Assembly: GCA_016874775.1 (NCBI GenBank)
Contig: VGTJ01000005.1
Coordinates: 5,232 to 69,231 of the forward strand
Reading direction: 5' to 3'
Length of the DNA stretch: 64,000 nt
DNA from: Deltaproteobacteria bacterium
GTDB lineage: Bacteria > Desulfobacterota > Binatia > Bin18
The notes under the pieces are model-generated. The model did not search any database and was not told where the DNA came from. It was given only the letters and a program-made list of their open reading frames with translations. Positions 61,736-64,000 of the stretch are shown here, one piece after another. The position numbers were made by a program, and so were the translations under genes. Each line of letters begins with the position of its first letter. Positions within the stretch are counted from its first letter, which is position 1.

Positions 61736-62239
61736 TCACGCTTTCGCGGCGTTTGCTTCAGCCTCTGGCTTTTCGGGACTTCTGTTTTTCATCTGCGCGG
61801 CCAGCGTTTTTCCCGCCTCAAACTCTTGCTTGAAATGTGCGCGCATTTTCGCAGGTTCGAAATCAAGCAGCGTGCCGCCTGACTCAAAATGCTGGATAAA
61901 CACTTTCCCTACGGCGTAGGTCGAAGCGCCAGCAAAAATCGGCAGCCCTACCATGCCAGCGAACTGTCCCACACCAGGGATAACCTTCAACAACGATCCT
62001 ATGGGCCCGTAAGCGAACGCGCCGGGCGCAACAGAACCTATCAATGTACTAACAATTAATTTCACTCGGTTCTTCGCAAATGGAATAGCATAGTGATCGG
62101 CGAGATCTTTGGCCATTTTCAGCTGTATCCCGGTGAGCAGGACAAGATCCCACACCGGCACGGGAACCAGTCCTGCTCCCATGGACAACCACATATACTT
62201 CGTGACCATGCGCCGGGCTGCACTTTCTTTCTCTTCCAT
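61736..62239 (-). CDS. Small membrane protein, DUF697 (YcjF C-terminal domain)-like
   Basis: 167 aa. GAGLVPVPVWDLVLLTGIQLKMAKDLADHYAIP...IGSVAPGAFAYGPIGSLLKVIPGVG resembles the DUF697 hydrophobic hairpin region. The C-terminus is charged and Lys/Glu-rich. The family assignment is tentative. Confidence 0.5.
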   Translation of the reverse strand: MEEKESAARRMVTKYMWLSMGAGLVPVPVWDLVLLTGIQLKMAKDLADHYAIPFAKNRVKLIVSTLIGSVAPGAFAYGPIGSLLKVIPGVGQFAGMVGLPIFAGASTYAVGKVFIQHFESGGTLLDFEPAKMRAHFKQEFEAGKTLAAQMKNRSPEKPEAEANAAKA

Positions 62240-62538
62240 AGTCGTTATGGTCTCCCTTCCTTAACCTTGTTAGTCTGGGCACTTTCATGAGCAAGTTGAC
62301 CCATTTCCCCTTCCTGCTCACGACGACGAACAGGTCGCAAGATCGTCTGGTTGGATGGATTAGGAATACCTGGCCGGGACGGTAACTCCACAGGTAGCCC
62401 CCTTCTGTGAAGACCGGAGTACAGTTGCATCTATAAGATTGTAGAAAATTGTACCATTCACTATTTGTTTATGTCAAGTCACAGTCTTTCACGTTGAGTT
62501 TTCTCTTTGCTGAATCTTCACGCGTCGTGCCTTTTGAC

Positions 62539-63765
62539 TTACCGGGCAGGAACCGTAATGGGTATGTCATTATTGGAGATATCAGTCACTGTCATTTGGT
62601 ACAGGCCGGAGAGCAAGATGAAGGCGAGCGTATCCCAGGGGTTATTGGGAATAGAGTAGTATTTCCCTTCATAGGTAATGCTGAGCGCTGCATCCGAGGG
62701 GCGAGAATTGGTGACGTTAACCGCGAGCGTTCGTGCGGGATTTTGTAAGGCACCGCCCGTCTGCGGATCTTTTCCGACCTGATTGTCTGGATTCTGACTC
62801 ATCATAGCGGCAATAGAATGGAGGATTGCTTGAAAACTGCGGAATTTGATCGCCCCAAAGATCGGGAGCTCTCCACCAGGATGATTAGGGCGAACATCAA
62901 TCAGGAGATAATTGATTGCATTGGCCTCGGCAAGCGCATTTAAAGTTTTACGCTCCTCATTCGCAAGCGCCCGGGCTTGATAATTAGAGAGCAGCGCTCG
63001 ACCAGTTTTCGCGAAAGTAAATTCATCCTTGTCACCCAGGTGTCGCTGCTGATAGCCTTTTTCTGCTGCGGCTGCCATTTCCATCACCGAGAACGGCGTA
63101 GCCGCTGGTCGCTGAAATGTCTCGTTGTAGGAAAGAGTCTCGATAAACAGATTAGGCTCCGCCGGATTATACAAGCCGGCCAGGTGCGCCGCTATGCGAC
63201 GAAACTCCTCATAGTCTTGGGGGTCGGCGGGAGAGTTTAAGATAAATCTTTGGGGTTTTCCGGTGCTACGATCCTGAACCTCAATTCCGTCAACCATCAT
63301 ATGAAGAACCATGTCCATGGGCAGGCGTTGGAACACGAGAAAAGTAAATTTGCTGACATCCATAGGCGTCAAGATTCTTCGAGTAAACTCCTCTCCCTGA
63401 ATGGGCACGATACTGAGCGTTGGGAGTTCCGCGACCGTGGCTCCCACTCCAAAAGTATAAGTATTACTTGCAGGGAAGGCTTTTCTGAATGTGGTTTCGA
63501 AGATGTTCCCTCCAAAGCTTGCCGTAGCGCCATAATTAAAAGCCGCCACGATACTTGACGTCCCAGTAAAGTGCGTCGGTCGATTTAGATGCACACGAGC
63601 GATATTGGTTAAGATGATCTCTCGATCCAGTTGACTGATCGTTTCATCATAGCTCAACACCGCTTTATGAAGCGCCAAGGGGCCAAAACAGCCAGGCAAA
63701 AGACAGGAGCATAGGACCAATAGTAAAAGCGCTAATGCGCGCATAGTTTTTCCCCATAAAGACAT
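62539..63765 (-). CDS. Putative secreted lipoprotein of unknown function
   Basis: The preferred start is the ATG at 63765, giving MSLWGKTMRALALLLLVLCSCLLPGCFG, a signal peptide plus a lipobox-like LLPGC. The ORF track's 63948 start would add 61 aa with no features. The mature protein is Asn/Thr/Phe-rich and I do not recognise a family. Confidence 0.6.
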   Translation of the reverse strand: MSLWGKTMRALALLLLVLCSCLLPGCFGPLALHKAVLSYDETISQLDREIILTNIARVHLNRPTHFTGTSSIVAAFNYGATASFGGNIFETTFRKAFPASNTYTFGVGATVAELPTLSIVPIQGEEFTRRILTPMDVSKFTFLVFQRLPMDMVLHMMVDGIEVQDRSTGKPQRFILNSPADPQDYEEFRRIAAHLAGLYNPAEPNLFIETLSYNETFQRPAATPFSVMEMAAAAEKGYQQRHLGDKDEFTFAKTGRALLSNYQARALANEERKTLNALAEANAINYLLIDVRPNHPGGELPIFGAIKFRSFQAILHSIAAMMSQNPDNQVGKDPQTGGALQNPARTLAVNVTNSRPSDAALSITYEGKYYSIPNNPWDTLAFILLSGLYQMTVTDISNNDIPITVPAR

Positions 63766-64000
63766 TGTCTCTTGACCTCTATAGATTTCGTCATGCTGCC
63801 CCCGCCGTCCGCAGGCGTACCCACCCAGGCTAAAACCACAGGGTGCGTATTCCCAAGAATGGCCATGACAGTCTTGGGCATTTAGGAACCTGAAGACTAT
63901 CCTATTAACTTTGTGAGGTCGCTTTCTCGGATTTTGTTTCTGACCCACCCCTACACACTTTTCTTCCTTGGCGCATGTGAGCGGAAGGATCCTCCACGGT

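Noticed and set aside
61533-61739. 68-aa ORF in the gap between the ABC-exporter start and the DUF697-like gene; also the 61-aa ORF at 62245-62430
   Set aside because: They are short and Cys/Arg-rich with no motifs. They sit in likely promoter or 5'-UTR regions of real genes and were treated as spurious.
63766-63948. 61-aa N-terminal extension of the lipoprotein ORF (start at 63948)
   Set aside because: The extension (MGQKQNPRKRPHKVNRIVFRFLNAQDCHGHSWEY…) precedes a classical signal peptide and lipobox that begins at the internal Met. The internal ATG at 63765 has a purine-rich upstream sequence.
1-64000. Search for CRISPR arrays, IS elements or transposases, integrases, tRNA/rRNA genes and toxin-antitoxin pairs
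   Set aside because: None was found. There are no short direct-repeat/spacer arrays, no terminal inverted repeats flanking transposase-like ORFs and no tRNA-like cloverleaf sequences in the few intergenic regions. The only repeats are internal to coding sequence: module repeats and the 102-nt tandem.

Overview
This 64 kb window is almost entirely one hybrid fatty-acyl / type I PKS / NRPS biosynthetic gene cluster. It is split into two convergent transcription units that meet at about 44.85 kb.

Plus strand (1-44842): six tightly coupled megasynthase genes, most with overlapping stop/start codons.
- 1-4430: 5'-truncated PKS, DH-cMT-ER-KR-ACP.
- 4427-9472: PKS, KS-AT-KR-ACP.
- 9477-18878: PKS/NRPS hybrid, KS-AT-ACP-aminotransferase-luciferase-like monooxygenase-C-A-PCP.
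- 18883-23568: PKS, KS-AT-degenerate KR-ACP.
- 23607-36032: trimodular NRPS, C-A(N-MT)-PCP-C-A-PCP-E-C-A-PCP.
- 36029-44842: C-A-PCP-KS-AT-KR-ACP-TE, which terminates the assembly line.

Minus strand (63948 down to 44931): accessory and initiation genes.
- Lipoprotein, DUF697-like membrane protein, cyclic-peptide-type ABC exporter, SPFH/band-7 protein, amidohydrolase-2 family enzyme.
- An 11 kb initiation megasynthase (57514-46490) with an unusual loading region (fatty-acyl-AMP-ligase-like domain, degenerate KR-like domain, PRMT-fold methyltransferase, carrier protein), followed by KS-AT-DH-KR-ACP.
- A type II thioesterase, and an MbtH-like protein fused to an unrecognised C-terminal domain.

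All five AT domains carry GHS[VL]GEY and HAFHS motifs, which indicate malonyl-CoA. The predicted product is a lipopeptide with a long reduced polyketide/fatty tail, a beta-amino (probably alpha-hydroxylated) acyl unit, five amino acids (one N-methylated, one epimerised) and two embedded ketide units, released by a C-terminal TE. The cluster continues upstream of position 1.

No rRNA, tRNA, CRISPR or mobile elements were seen. All domain coordinates are estimates from reading motifs in the translated ORFs, not alignments.
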